A stretch of DNA of 60,729 bases from an uncultured virus (IMG/VR IMGVR_UViG_3300010153_000001) (Duplodnaviria > Heunggongvirae > Uroviricota > Caudoviricetes), in the IMG/VR virus record IMGVR_UViG_3300010153_000001, one strand, 5' to 3'. The position numbers and the translations under genes are program-made. The notes under the pieces are model-generated. The model was not told the origin of the DNA. It was given only the letters and a program-made list of their open reading frames with translations, and searched no databases. Positions 60,616-60,729 of this stretch are shown here, one piece after another; positions within the stretch are counted from its first letter, which is position 1, and every line of letters starts with the position of its first letter.

Positions 60616-60702
60616 TTATTTTAGTTGGCCTCCACAGTTCATACATAATTTACCACTTTGTGTTGGTTTTGGTTGACCACAATCACATTTATAATTTTGC
60701 AT
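60616..60702 (-). CDS. Possible 28-aa Zn-ribbon microprotein MQNYKCDCGQPKPTQSGKLCMNCGGQLK
   Basis: Translated by hand; CxC..CxxC; operon position upstream of the HTH gene. Confidence 0.4.
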   Translation of the reverse strand: MQNYKCDCGQPKPTQSGKLCMNCGGQLK

Positions 60703-60729
60703 ATCAATTCTTTTAATTATTAAATCTCT

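Noticed and set aside
1..60729. Stop-codon reassignment as in some crAss-like phages
   Set aside because: Genes are intact under the standard code, and TAG and TGA both terminate genes at tight junctions (e.g. 54977-54979, 49092-49094).
1..60729. tRNA/rRNA genes, introns or inteins in polB, nrdJ and vRNAP, integrase, capsid/terminase/portal
   Set aside because: None recognised by eye; intergenic gaps are short and AT-rich. Core head genes presumably lie outside the window. tRNAscan and HMM searches were not run.

Overview
AT-rich segment of a large crAss-like (Crassvirales / Cellulophaga phi14:2-type) bacteriophage genome. The host is very probably a Bacteroidota (flavobacterial) cell, judged from a T9SS-type C-terminal sorting domain, a TTG-N19-TAnnTTTG promoter and A-rich leaders without Shine-Dalgarno sequences. 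The standard code gives uninterrupted giant ORFs. 1-42148 (+) holds six giant putative virion-cargo/ejection genes, including a 5018-aa virion RNA polymerase (RxP and GADFDIDK motifs, plus a zincin HExxH) and a 1865-aa protein with a PD-(D/E)xK nuclease. The most striking signal is in the first three giant ORFs. They are built as cassettes separated by a recurring ~11-aa linker, consensus K-[YF]-G-G-x-L-P-[KR]-A-Q, with about 15 clear or degenerate copies and another copy in a small late protein. The cassettes resemble enzymatic effectors: a protein kinase-like domain, an R-S-E ADP-ribosyltransferase, three paralogous zincin-like modules, a lysozyme-like domain, a Cys-rich HiPIP-like domain and a beta-barrel-like module. 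This suggests a tag-delimited polyprotein of injected effectors (inference). Downstream are a SET-domain gene, an inverted class II RNR (nrdJ), LamG and decoration-type virion genes, an envelope cassette (OM beta-barrel, thioredoxin-like protein, MAM + Cys-repeat T9SS cargo), a 24-aa CDGSH microprotein missed by the ORF track, a holin and a bidirectional terminator. A convergent minus-strand replication block follows (DUF1599-like, DUF932-like, family B DNA polymerase, Fis-type HTH). All family assignments are from motif recognition by eye; no searches were run.
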